Below, in pieces: positions 29,107 through 40,521 of a DNA stretch of 64,000 bases. Made by a program: the position numbers and the translations under genes. How positions within the stretch are numbered: position 1 is the stretch's first letter; every line of letters starts with the position of its first letter. Origin of the DNA: Candidatus Latescibacterota bacterium (lineage in GTDB: Bacteria; Latescibacterota; UBA2968; SICM01); NCBI GenBank assembly GCA_965217865.1, contig CBDCJO010000002.1, positions 4,768,001-4,832,000 on the forward strand. The letters are read 5' to 3'. The notes beneath the pieces were generated by a model, which saw only the letters and a list, made by a program, of their open reading frames with translations, did no database searches and was not told where the DNA came from.

Positions 29107-32100
29107 CTAGGTCACGACGGATGTCCCCTGAGTTGCGCGGGTCAAGGCGTCCGTCGTGGTTCCAGTGATGGCTCCGGCGCAGTTGTCGGTCGCCGTTGGC
29201 GCCGCGCCGATCGTGGCTGAGCATTCACCTATGGCATCAGGGAGGGACGCCAGATCGGCAACCGGTGCAGTGAGGTCCTCCACGACGATGTTCTGTGTCT
29301 GCGTCGTGGTGTTGCCGTTTCCGTCGTCGAAGGTCCACGTCACGACGGACGTCCCCTGAGTTGCGCGGGTCAAGGCGTCGGTTGTCGTTCCAGTGATTGC
29401 CCCTGCGCAGTTGTCCGTGGCCGTGGGCGACGCGGCGATCGTAGCTGAACACTCACCTGTGGCATCCGCCAGGGACCCTGCATCCGGAACCGGGGCAGTG
29501 ACGTCATTCGCGACGATGTTCTGTGTCTGTGTCGTGGTGTTTCCGTTTCCATCGTCGTAGGTCCATGTCACGACGGCCGTCCCCTGAGTTGTAAGGGTCA
29601 AGGGGTCCGTTGTGGTCCCGGTGATGGTCCCTCCGCAGTTGTCCGTGGCCTAAGGAGGATCACTGATCGTAGCCGAGCATTCACCCGTGGCGTCCGGGAG
29701 GCTCGCGACATCAGGGGCTGGAGCTGTGACGTCGTCCACAACGATGTTCTGCGTCGTGGTGTTGCCGTTTCCGTCGTCGAAGGTCCATGTCACCACCGAT
29801 GTTCCCTGAGTTGTAAGGGTCAAAGCGTCCGTCGTGGTCCCGGTGATGGTCCCTTCGCAGTTGTCGGTGGCCGTGGGTGTTTCGCTGATCGTGGCCGAGC
29901 ATTCACCTGTGGCATCCGGCAGGGTCGCCACATCAGGAGCCGGCGCCGTGACGTCGTCCACAACGATGTTCTGTGTCTGCGTCGTGGTGTTGCCGTTTCC
30001 ATCATCGTAGGTCCAGGTCACGACCGACGTCCCCTGAGTTGTGCTGGTCAAGGCATCCGTTGTGGTCCCGGTGATGGTTCCTTCGCAGTTGTCGGTGGCC
30101 GTGGGTGTTTCGCTGATCGTGGCCGAGCATTCGCCTGTGGCATCCGCCAGGGCCGCCAGATCTGGAACCGGCGGAGTGGTATCCTGGACCACCACGATCC
30201 TTGTCGCAGAACCTGTGTTTCCGGATGCATCCGTGGCTGTATAGGTTATGTTGTAGTTGCCGGGTGTGCTCGTATCCAGGCTGTCGAGGGTTGTAACTGC
30301 CAGGTCGCCGTCGCATGCATCATTCGCAGTTGCCCCGGGATCGGTGTAAGTATCCCCGCACTCCACGGTATCCGGGCTGGCACCGTTCATTGTCACCACC
30401 GGCGGTGTGGTGTCCTCGACGGTCACTTCCAACGAATCTGTGGCCGTGACTAGCCCATCGCTTACAAGCAGAACGATCGTATGGGTTCCAAGCGGGAGGG
30501 TTACCGCAGGGCCCACACCGCTGGCGGATCCGCCGCCCTCTGGAAACGGACCGGTCCAGCTGTAAGACAGAGGGGAGGGGCCGTTGTCCGGATCATTTGA
30601 CCCGGAGCCATCCAGGGTCACGGACGCCCCGCTGGCAGATGTGCACTCCACCGCATTGGGACCGGTCTGGTCCGGTCCGGCTTCGGCCACCGGTGGGTCG
30701 TTCAGGGGGGTGCCGGTGCTGTTCAGGTTTACAACCCCGATACAACTGTTCGGGTCGTTCAACAGGAAGATCTCGACCAGTCCGTTGGTCAGACCCGCAA
30801 CGGTCGGATTATACTCCACCGTGATGGACTGAGATGCACCTGAGGCCAGAACAAGGGGAGACGTGGGGGTGACCGTCGGACTGACGATCGAAAACTGGGT
30901 CGGGGTAGTGTTGGGAAATGTGAGTATGTCGTAGGGACGGGCCCGGATGTTGATGATGGTGAGGTCCCCGGGTCCGGGGTTGGTGATCGAGAAGTTTTCG
31001 GTGGCCGAACCGCCGATCGGGACGGCCCCAAAGTTGATGGTGCTTAAGGGGCCCGGAAGGCTGCCGTTATCCGGAAATGGATCTGCCGATGTTCCATATA
31101 CTGTGAACTGCATGCTGGAGATGTTCATGGGACCGGTGAAGGTCCCGCTGAAGTCTCCGTCCAGGAACTGGCTGAGGGTTCCAGGATCGAGAGAATTCAC
31201 TTGCGCGGATGTCCTTGGAGGATTGCCGATTGGATCACCATTTCCCTGTCCCCCAAATGTGTTGATAAAATAGGATTCACCCGGGTCCCAGAGATCGCCT
31301 TCGAAAACAAGGCACAATCTGACCTTGTCCACTGTGCTGAACGTGCCGCCAAAATTGACGGTAAAGTTGCCGGCCAGGTCCAGATTTGCCAGTTCTGAGA
31401 CCACAACGGGCTTTGGTCCTAATTTTGAGACGAAAGCATCTTGACCACCCCCGCCGTGAGAATTTTGAAAAGGATTTACTAGAGGCAGGAAACCCCCGTC
31501 ATCCCCGGTTATGTAGGCACTGCCGGAAGGATCCACGGCAATTGCCTTTCCCTCCGCCCTTCTGCTCCCAAGATAAGTGGAGTAAATAGGAGATCCGGAG
31601 GTATTTAACTTCGTCACAAACGCATCTTCGCTTCCTTTTAGCGAAGTCTCTATGGGACTCAATGTGGGAAAATTGGTCGAACTGGTACCCCCGGTAACAT
31701 AGGCGTTTCCAGATCCGTCCAGAGAAATCCCACGTCCGAAATCAGTGCTACTCCCCCCCAGGTAAGTGGAATAACTCAAAACAGATCCGGAAGCACCCAA
31801 TTTCGTCACAAACGCGTCGAAACCACCACCAAGAGAAGGCTGAAATGGACTTTCCGTCGGATAGTCATTTGATCCCGTGCCTCCGGTTATGTACGCGTTT
31901 CCGAAAGCGTCAACGTCAATTGCTTCGGCCTGGTCATTACCAGTGCCACCGATGTATGTGGAGTAGACCAATCCAGATCCGGATGGATTTACCTTCGTCA
32001 CAATAACGTCAACGACTCCGAGGAAAGTATCCTGGAAGAAGCTTTGTGTTGGGTAATCAGGTGACTGAGTAAGTCCCGTCACATAAGCGCTTCCGGATGC

Positions 32101-32713
32101 ATCCACTGCGATTCCCTGGCCCCGATCAAAGTTGTTGCCACCGAGGTATGTGGAGTAGACCAGAGCAGATCCGGATGGATTTATCTTTGTCACGAATAGG
32201 TCAATGAAACCTCCAGAAATGGGCTGCAAGGGACTCATCGTGGGGAAGTTACTGGACCTGGTTTGTCCGGTTAAATAGGCGTTTCCGGAAGCGTCAACCG
32301 CGATGCTGTAGCCTACATCTCCCCCATTACCGCCGAGGTAAGTGGAGTAAATCAGCGCCGATCCCGAAGCATTCAGTTTCGTAATAAATGCGTCTTCGCC
32401 GCCTGCACCAAAAGATGGCTGGAAGGGATTCTCCAAGGGGAAATCATTCGACTGGGTGAATCCTGTTACGTAGGCGCTTCCGGATACATCCACGGCGATG
32501 CCATGGCCATGATCAGTTGAGCTGCCTCCGAGGTAGGTGGCGTAGAGCAAACCAGATCCAGAAGGATTCAGCTTCGCTATAAACACGTCGAAGTCTCCCC
32601 CAGAAGCAACTTGGAAGGGATTTTCTGTAGGGAAATCACTCGAACCGGTGAGCCCTGTTACGTAAGCGCTTCCGGATGCATCAACGGCGATGCCAAGGCC
32701 TCGATCAAAGCCG

Positions 32714-33433
32714 CTACCCCCCAGAAATGTAGAATAGATTAATACCGGGTCTACTTTTAAGTGCTACCAAATATTCTGCTGAAGAATCAAAAGCGGGAAG
32801 TTTTCTATATTTAGTCTCCCAATTTTCCTGTTTTAGAACATAATCCCAATTAAATTCGTATCCAAGGAATCCATTTAACCGTTTTTGCGCCAGCATTTTA
32901 AACCCAACTAAAATCGTACTAACATCATGCTTTTTGATATCTGTCGCTGTTTTCCACTTATCTCCATAATTAAATCCTCGCTTTACACCAATTACTAATC
33001 CTTTGAGGGATTCCAACCCTCTCCACTCAATCGGATCATCCACTCGAACATAAACCAAAAAATTCGCTTGATTAACCGGTTCGTCAGAATAATGAAAGAT
33101 CCTTTTTCGTTCGGTGTTTTTACCAGTCGGAAAAAGGATATCTGCTTTTCCATTTTTGACATTGTTCATAGCCCTTGCCCAGGGAGTAATTGACAAATGG
33201 ATGGTATATCCCATTTTATGAAAGCTCTCTCTTAAAACATCCCAACTGTAGCCCTGAAATCCCACAGCATCCTTACCTACTGGGATAATCTGATCTGATT
33301 CGAATTTTCCCACGGTTATACAAAAAGGAGCATAATCTTCCAAGGTTGCGATTTTAATTATATTTTCCTCAGCATAACTAGAAAAACTGATTGACAATAA
33401 AACAAAAATACAAGAAAAAATCTTGCAGCACAT
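32714..33433 (-). CDS. Family-3 (amino-acid-type) ABC substrate-binding protein, probably C-terminally truncated
   Basis: Signal peptide, DYAPF, PWARA and GVKRGFNYG motifs; visibly AT-rich; its last codons are read from the SBBP gene sequence. Confidence 0.8.
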   Translation of the reverse strand: MCCKIFSCIFVLLSISFSSYAEENIIKIATLEDYAPFCITVGKFESDQIIPVGKDAVGFQGYSWDVLRESFHKMGYTIHLSITPWARAMNNVKNGKADILFPTGKNTERKRIFHYSDEPVNQANFLVYVRVDDPIEWRGLESLKGLVIGVKRGFNYGDKWKTATDIKKHDVSTILVGFKMLAQKRLNGFLGYEFNWDYVLKQENWETKYRKLPAFDSSAEYLVALKSRPGINLFYISGG

Positions 33434-33699
33434 TTTACTCTCCCTTTTTTGATTATTAATTTTTTACCAAGCAACTGAGTCCAAACAGGCAGGAAATATC
33501 ATTGGTGTATGTCAATTGGGGCGGTGGGGGGCTGCTTTTTGCTCCCTTATGTTTTCTCATCACACAAAAAACAACATGCGCGCTTAACTTACGGAATCCC
33601 TGAACTCCTATGTAGATTCCATCATTTCGGCATATCTCCCGTCCTCCGCAGATACCTTCCCACGAAGTAGTAATCCGTATTTGTTTGTAGATCCCCTTG

Positions 33700-34494
33700 C
33701 TATAGGAGGTCCGTTAGGTATTCCCCTGGAATACGTGATCCAGGATACTCAATCTCCGGATCGCGATTGGCGATGACTTCGGGGATTTCGCGATCCCAAT
33801 CCTCCGGGATCGTGGTGGGACGACCGTGCCAGGCCAGTATGAGGGTTCTTCGCACGTCTGTCCGGTTTCTGTGGGCAGAATGCAAGACGCGGGCATCGGC
33901 TAAAACCAGCGATCCCGCTTTGACTCGCACATCCACCTGATCCGGGTGATCCCTGAACATGATCGGATTGTCTTCCCCTTTGAACCGGGCTCCCTGTTCG
34001 TGCGCCGGAACCAGTTGGTCGTGCATCGGGATTCGCCTGTGATGGGTGCCAGGGATCACCTTGAGACAGCCATTTTCAACCGTCGTATCACTCAGGTAGT
34101 AGGACAGGAAAATCGTCTGTGGCCACGGTGAACAGCTGAACGGATCATTCCATCGCATCCAATCCTGATGCCAGTAGAGTGCGAGCTCTCCAGGATCCTT
34201 CGTAAGAATGATAATCCCTCCATTGCTCACGAAATCACCAAAACCTAACTGTTCGAGTGCCTGTCGCGACGGTTCCCATTCCAACAGCTTTTGAATCACA
34301 CGGTTGTCCTCGCCACGCTCACTTACGTGTTGACCTTGATACTTCATGTCATCCGGAGGCTCGTGTGCGTCGATCAAGCGTTCCGACTCTTCGTGCAGTT
34401 CCTGAAGAAAGTCCTCCGTCAAGATATCGTCTATCACGCAGTAACCATCGCGAATCACCTGTTCCCGCTTGTCCCTGGCCATTTCGGGTGTCAT
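33700..34494 (-). CDS. Phytanoyl-CoA dioxygenase (PhyH) family protein
   Basis: RDGYCVI, WHQD, ENGCLKVIPGTH and LHSAHRN motifs. Confidence 0.9.
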   Translation of the reverse strand: MTPEMARDKREQVIRDGYCVIDDILTEDFLQELHEESERLIDAHEPPDDMKYQGQHVSERGEDNRVIQKLLEWEPSRQALEQLGFGDFVSNGGIIILTKDPGELALYWHQDWMRWNDPFSCSPWPQTIFLSYYLSDTTVENGCLKVIPGTHHRRIPMHDQLVPAHEQGARFKGEDNPIMFRDHPDQVDVRVKAGSLVLADARVLHSAHRNRTDVRRTLILAWHGRPTTIPEDWDREIPEVIANRDPEIEYPGSRIPGEYLTDLL

Positions 34495-34586
34495 ATCAAC
34501 CCTCCAATACGCTCGATAAGCGCAAGTCTATCGGCGTTTCGGACTACGCCTATAATGCCTGGAAACTCTCGTTAGCGGTTTCCCGA

Positions 34587-35772
34587 TCACGATTTCTCCC
34601 TGGTCAAGACACGGCCGGATTGGGGGGGGAGGGACAGGTGAAGGCCTCCTTGAACAGTCTCGAGCTTTGAGCCGGAATAGACGTCAAAAAAGCCGGAACC
34701 TTCTGCGGGGGAGATGGTGATTGCTCTTTCACTCTCTGTGGAGTTGACCGCGACGAGTCCGTTCTCGAACCATCGAAAGTGAATTCGGTCGCTCTCCTGT
34801 ATGCCGGATTCAGCTCGACCGGTGCGTAGGGATAGCAGCTCCCGGGCGGGATGTTCCCTCAGAGTGAACCAGTCGGCCCAGTGAAAACCCGAGAGCTTGG
34901 CACAGGCGTAGCAGAAATAGGCATCGTCTTTGATATCAAAAGGTGTGTCCCCAAGGTAGCTCAGGGCGACGACGGTTTTTCCGTGTGACAGGGCATCTTT
35001 GCATTGGTGCGCCATGTCCATAATCTTGTTCCAGTCGTGCCGACGATCTTTGGATGGCCCGCCGCATATGTAGGATTCGTACATCATGGCGTCTCCATAT
35101 TTCCAGTAATCCGGGACCACACCGCCGGGGATTTAGCATGACCAGCTTGTCTGCGCTATCGACTTTCACAAGCTTGTTGACGCGTTTCAGCAGCTGTTTA
35201 TAGGTGTCTTTGTTGTTCTTGTCCGGCTCCACGTGCTCGTGCTTGCCCAGTTCCGCCCCAAAACACTCGGTACAGGGGTGAACGTTGTCGATGAAAAGCC
35301 CGTCCGCACCGAGATCCATTAACTTTTGCACCGCCCGAAGGGTCGCTTCGGCGTAACCCGGTGCGTTAGTGCAGACCTGCTGCCACTCGGCCGGATATTT
35401 TGGCGTATCGAAAGGCCTCCGCACTTCACCGTCCTTCTGATAGAGCATCCATTCAGGGTGGTTCCCCAGGTCCAATTCCTTCCAGAACGGCGAATCCTGG
35501 TTGATGTGCTGGCCCGGATTCCCCTCTCGCCTTTCAGTGACATTCATGGACTTGTAGAAGCTGACGTAGGGTATCACTTTCACGCCCTGGGCGTGGGCCT
35601 TGTCGATCCACTCCCTGGTGTGCGGCACACCTACGACGAGGGGAAGGCCTTTCAGGCGGTTCTTCACGACTTCATCGCTCCATGGCTGATACCAGCCGTT
35701 GTAGACCTCGGCCCTCCTGAACCACTCCGGCGCGGGATTGCCGAATTCCTGTTGATCACGAGACTCGTTCAT
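34587..35772 (-). pseudogene. Putative glycoside hydrolase-like TIM barrel, +1 frameshift in the G-run at 35127-35130
   Basis: AHAQGVKVIPY, HPEWM and GADGLFIDN motifs; removing one base gives MLNPGGVVPDYW and joins ORFs 34936-35772 and 34587-35120. Confidence 0.72.
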
Positions 35773-36016
35773 AATGTCGTCTCCATCAGGGATCGGTTAA
35801 GAGATAGTGGTACCTGGAGAATTTCCTGCAAAAAACCACTATTTTGTCGCAAGAACGTACGTCTCGCGCTTTTCCGTCTCAATCTTATCTGCCTGGAAAA
35901 GGCCACTGGGAGCCACAGGTGGTAAAGTCGTAAATGAAAACTTCAGTTCTGCTCGTGGAGCTTTCCTCCTCATGCCGGGCCCGTGCTCAGCAAATTAGGT
36001 CCACCGATCACATCTA

Positions 36017-37738
36017 TCAGCCGCCGCTGTTGACGTAGTACCTTCCGATGGTGCGTTCCCCGAGCCGGTCCATGGGCGTCAGTTGGGTGGGGAAGGCGGG
36101 CTCGAAACCGTACTCTCCCGGGATGCCTGGGTCGACCTCTGCCTCGGCCCATTCTCTCACCTGGTCCACGTGGCCCAGTCTCCACTTGACGGCCCAGTCT
36201 GCAATATCATTCGATTGACTGTCCCAGAAGAAGACACCGTCGAGGCCGGCAGCGTAGGCCTCGTGCGTCCTCTCCGCCCCTTCCTTGGGGGTGCGGCAGG
36301 CATAGCTCAGCATGGGGCATATCTTGCAATCCGATGCCCTGTGGAGCTGGGCGAAAAAGTCCACATCGAAGGCACCGTGGGGATGGGGCCAGGGATAGAT
36401 CATCGGAATGAGCATGTCGACAAGGCCTTCCGCCACCCATGTCCTGAGATCCAGACCTAAGCGCAGGTTCATCTCTTCGTCGCAGAAGACATTCGCGGAG
36501 ATCTCAAGTCGCTTTCCGTATTTCTCTTCCAGTTCGTCGCGTAACGACTTCAGGCTGCGCATGAAAGAGGTAAGAGTCTGTGCTTTATATTTAAGCCAGG
36601 CTGGGTCCATCTCGTCGATTTCCCGGGGATCGCGGCCATCTGCTTGTTTGAATCCTTCGACGAGGGGCTCTTCGTAGAGGAGGAATACAGGACCCCGGAT
36701 GTAGAGCACGTTGAAACCTGAAAGCAGGTCGATATGGCCCTCGACGCCTTCGCGGATAATCGCTTGAACGTATTCCCGCACCTGGGGAAAGACGTAGCTC
36801 ATAGTCGGTATCTCGGCGCCGTCACGATCGCGACAGCGCCACTCGGGGTGCGCTTGGTAGAAAGGGCTTTCTCGGCCGTTGGACGGATCTGAATTCTCAT
36901 AGAAAGACCACATCCCGATCCGGAAGCACAGGTGGGTTTCCATGCCCACCTCGTGAGCCTTCTTCGAGACCAGGTGGATGGGATCCAGGCCGCGCTCGTA
37001 AAGGGACTTCAACTCCCCTGCGTATCTGGCCCAGCTGGCGTCGTCGCGCGCAAAATCTGTGTAGACGAGCTGCCCTGCTCCGAGGACCTCTTCCACTCTG
37101 GAGGCCAGAGTGACGCCGATTCTGGTAGGGTACTCGGTCACGTCAAGTCTCGTGGACAGGAAAAACTTGGTCACGTCCGAATGTCTGTAGGGCTCTATCT
37201 GTTCGCACACCGCCTCCTCTGTTGTGAGATCCTCTGTGTCCACCTTTGCGATGACGATCTTGTCGGGCCTGTTCTTCCGTTCGGCTTCGAGCTCTTCTGC
37301 CGAGATAGGCACGAGCCTGATCCACGCCAATCCCGCCCGCTTGCCAGCCTCCTGGGCGATGAGAAGGTTTTGGCCGGTCAGGTTGGCCGATTTCCAGAAG
37401 CCTTCCTGGATCACGGGCCACTTGGAGGGGGCGTCGTAGGAGAGAAAGCGGAAGCAGGGATCGCCGCTGAGCTTAATTTTCACCGCATTCCCGCGCGGCC
37501 GGCTTGGCGGACCTTTAGGATCCCAGACACCGACGTGAATGGCGTAGAATCCTTCCAGATCGAGCGCATAGCTGAGCTGAGGGGCTTCTACGACTCCAAA
37601 GGCCATGAGACATACCCCTTCGACACCTGGAGCTTCGTAGGTACGAGCGATCCAGCGATCCTTATCAGCTCTAAAGGACAAGGCCGCAGCTGGCGTGCAC
37701 TTGCTCATATCACTCAGAAAAATCTCTGTTCGGGCCAT
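36017..37738 (-). CDS. GHL10/DUF187-like putative glycoside hydrolase, paralog A
   Basis: AHEVGM, FYQAHPEWRC, SYVFPQVR, GLDLRTWVAEGLVD and DGVFFWD motifs. Confidence 0.7.
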   Translation of the reverse strand: MARTEIFLSDMSKCTPAAALSFRADKDRWIARTYEAPGVEGVCLMAFGVVEAPQLSYALDLEGFYAIHVGVWDPKGPPSRPRGNAVKIKLSGDPCFRFLSYDAPSKWPVIQEGFWKSANLTGQNLLIAQEAGKRAGLAWIRLVPISAEELEAERKNRPDKIVIAKVDTEDLTTEEAVCEQIEPYRHSDVTKFFLSTRLDVTEYPTRIGVTLASRVEEVLGAGQLVYTDFARDDASWARYAGELKSLYERGLDPIHLVSKKAHEVGMETHLCFRIGMWSFYENSDPSNGRESPFYQAHPEWRCRDRDGAEIPTMSYVFPQVREYVQAIIREGVEGHIDLLSGFNVLYIRGPVFLLYEEPLVEGFKQADGRDPREIDEMDPAWLKYKAQTLTSFMRSLKSLRDELEEKYGKRLEISANVFCDEEMNLRLGLDLRTWVAEGLVDMLIPMIYPWPHPHGAFDVDFFAQLHRASDCKICPMLSYACRTPKEGAERTHEAYAAGLDGVFFWDSQSNDIADWAVKWRLGHVDQVREWAEAEVDPGIPGEYGFEPAFPTQLTPMDRLGERTIGRYYVNSGG

Positions 37739-37819
37739 CTCGTTTTCCTTCGATTTGAAATGTCAGTCTTAAACTCCTGCCACCTACTACTGCTACTGCT
37801 TTTTTCCGACCCTGACTTT

Positions 37820-39527
37820 TCAGCCGCCGCTGTTGACGTAATACCTGCCTATGATCCGCTCCCCGAGCCGTTCTATGCGCGTCAGTTTGGTGGGAAATGC
37901 GGGTGGAGAACCGTATTCTCCAGGGATACCTGGATCGACTTCTGCTTCCGCCCACTCCCGCACCTGATCCACGTTTCCTAATTTGCGCATGACCGACCAG
38001 GACGCCATACCACCGGTGTCGGTATCCCAGAAGAAGACCCCGTCCATGCCGGCTGTATAGCATTCGTTCGCCCGTTCGGCTATATCCTTGGCCGTTTCGC
38101 ACACGTAACTCAGAAGGGGACATACCTTGCATGTCGAAATCCTCTGGAGGTCGCTGAAAAATTCAGGCTCGAATTCGCCGTAGGGATATGGCCAGGGGTT
38201 GATCAAAGGGATGAGCAGATCCACCAGGCCTTCCTCTACCCAGGCTCTCAGATCCAGACCAAACCTCAGGTTCATCTCCTCGCAGTTGAAGACATTGGCC
38301 GAGATCTCGAGCCGCTTGCCATATTTCTCTTCCAGATCGTCCCGTAACGACTTCAGGCCGCGCATGAACTCGGTCAGCGCCTGTGCTCTGTAGCGGAGCC
38401 ATGCCGGGTCCATCTGGTCGATCTCCCGCGGATCGCGCCCGTCCGCCTCCTTGAACCCCTGGACGAGCGGCTCTTCGTAGAGCAGGAACACCGGCCCCCG
38501 AATATAGAGCACATTAAACCCGGCGAGGAGCTCTATGTGACGCTCGGCGACCTCGCGGATTAGGGACTGGGTGTGCGCGCGCACTTCAGGAAAGGCGTAG
38601 CTCATCTTGGAGATGGGGGGCGCCATCCCTGTCGCGGCAGCGCCACTCGGGATGCGCCGTGTAAAACGGGCTTTCGAAGATTTTAGACGGGTCCGCATTC
38701 TCGTATACCGACCACAATCCGATTCTATGGCTCAGATGGGGCTCCATACCCACCTCGCGCGCCTTCTCCGCAATCAGGTTGATCGGATCCAGACCGCGCT
38801 CGAATAGGGACTTCAACGTCTCCACGTACTCTACCCAGTATTCCTCGTCGAGTACGTGGTCTGGAAAAACAACCTTGCCTGTTCTCAGAGCCTCTTCTAT
38901 CCGGGCAACTCTATTGGCTTCGATCTCTGAGGTGGTCAGGAAAATCCGGGTGAAGTCTGTGTGCCTGTAGGGTTCGATCGTTTGGTTCACCCCCTCCTCC
39001 GTTTGCCCACATGCCAGACTCCACGCGTCCACCTTGGCTATGATAATCCTCTCGGGTCGGCGCTCCCGCTCCTTCTTCACCTCCTCTGCAGTAAGCGGGA
39101 CCAGCCTGATCCATGCCACGCCCGCCCGCATCCCCGCCTCCTGCGCTATGATCAAGTCTACCCCCGTCAGGTCGGCGCATTTCCACAAGCCCTCTTGTAC
39201 CACCATCCACTTGGAGGGTGCGTCGTAGGAGAGGACTCTGAAGCATGGATCCCCGCTAAGCTTCAACTTCAACCCATTCCCGCGCGGCCGGCTGCCCGAT
39301 CCCCGAGGGTCGAGGATGCCCACGTAGATGGCGTAAAACCCTTCCAAGTCAAGCGAGTAGCTGATTTCCGGCACCTGCATGTTGTCAAACGCCATGAGGC
39401 ACACCCCCTCGATCTCTGGAGCCTCATACTCGCGCGCAATCCAGCATGTTTTATCGCTTTCAAAGGTAAAGGCCGAGGACGGCGTGCACTTGCTCATATC
39501 GTTCAGGCGGACCTCTTCTCGCGCCAT
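37820..39527 (-). pseudogene. GHL10/DUF187-like paralog B, +1 frameshift in the G6 run at 38615-38620
   Basis: Colinear with paralog A; removing one base gives RDRDGAPISKMSYAFP. Confidence 0.8.
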
Positions 39528-39946
39528 TCTACTTACCTCCTTTTACATGATAAATCAGTTCCGGCACGTCATAACCGTTGGCCTTCCGTATCAAGCCGGC
39601 TCAATGGGGTTGCAGAAGGGGTCGTGTTGAGTAAAAGATAAGGGTTTGAGGGAAGGGGGAAAAGAAAAACCCACAGTCTTTTCAGTGGGGATGCAGGTGG
39701 GGAGCAGAAATTGGACAGACAGGCAGGTGGACAGAATCAGGAGGGGACGTGAGTTATTGAGGCATTTTTTATAGTGGTAGAGGGGGACTGGATAGGGTAT
39801 TAGCAATTAAAAAAATCCAGATCGGTTTTCGATCCGGAGCCGGATGTCTCGGGTAATCGTCGGTACTGTCGGACCCATCAGACAGGTTGAACTAAAGACT
39901 CCGAAAGCATGTCTTTTGCGCCCTGCCTTTTCGGGCCCATCCATCG

Positions 39947-40438
39947 TTACACCGTGGATGCAGCGAACTCCTTGGCCAGGTCTACATCCTCCCCTTTGCC
40001 CTTCTTCTGGACTTTCGAGACGTATTCGTTGTTTTCCCTGAGGCGCACCACCAGGATCTTCAGAAGGTTGTTGTAGATTTTCATACCCATGTCGGCATCC
40101 AAATTCAACAGATCTGTGAATCCTCTCCTCCTGATGACCAGAACATTCACCGGTTCCAACGCCGTGATCGTCGCACAGCGGGGGGTATTCGTGACGAGTC
40201 CCATTTCCCCCACGATCTCTCCGGTATCGATCTGAGACAGTAGGTGTCCGTTGGTCGCAGTGATCTTAAGGGATCCCGAGATCAGGATGAACATCTCATT
40301 GCTGGGTTCCCCGGCACTACAGAGGACTTCGTTTTTTTTATAAGCCCGTGATTTACATTCCCTGAGGAACTGCTGGACCTGGTATTGGGAAAGGCCGTTG
40401 AAGACGGGAATTTTCTGGATGACTTTTGCGAAGTCCAT
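39947..40438 (-). CDS. Stand-alone cNMP-binding domain protein
   Basis: IPVFNGLS, MFILISG and VGEMGLVTNTPRCATITA motifs; AGGAGG RBS before ATG 40438. Confidence 0.88.
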   Translation of the reverse strand: MDFAKVIQKIPVFNGLSQYQVQQFLRECKSRAYKKNEVLCSAGEPSNEMFILISGSLKITATNGHLLSQIDTGEIVGEMGLVTNTPRCATITALEPVNVLVIRRRGFTDLLNLDADMGMKIYNNLLKILVVRLRENNEYVSKVQKKGKGEDVDLAKEFAASTV

Positions 40439-40521
40439 ACCGCCTCCTGATTTGGACGTGGATGGGGGATATCGGCTGGATTTGCGTATCCTGTTTGGGT
40501 GGGAACTGCGTGTCCTCCCCT

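Larger units (their letters stand above)
26158..30190 (-). repeat. Intragenic 228-bp (76-aa) tandem repeats, 11 units, interrupted by IS copy 2
   Basis: Repeating GECSATI..PTATDNC.G.I.GTTTD.LT..TQGTSVVTWT(Y/F)DDGNGN; shadow ORFs recur at 228-bp spacing. Confidence 0.92.
24945..32754 (-). pseudogene. Giant secreted/surface protein: SBBP beta-propeller, Ig/ASH-like, PKD, DUF5011-like, 11 HYR-like repeats, K/D-rich domain, FlgD-Ig/T9SS-like tail; disrupted
   Basis: ORFs 29650-32586, 29107-29601 and 24945-27524 form one frame once the IS and one TSD are removed; YSTYLGG repeats; QNFPNPFNPETTIRY...WDGRD...RKMVFVK tail; TAG stops at 29650 and at the IS site; N-terminus missing. Confidence 0.88.

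Noticed and set aside
20576-29652. TAG reassignment or pyrrolysine coding, suggested by three in-frame ambers
   Set aside because: The expected residues differ (Gln-like, Trp, Thr), TAG ends several genes at natural termini (587, 13743, 21624), a TAA lesion also occurs, and no pyl genes are in the window. Not fully excluded without a genome-wide test such as Codetta.
26158-30190. CRISPR-like repeat array
   Set aside because: The units are 228-bp in-frame coding repeats with no unique spacers, and no cas genes are present.
36017-39527. Diversity-generating retroelement template/variable repeat pair
   Set aside because: These are whole-gene paralogs with differences at all base types, and there is no reverse transcriptase.
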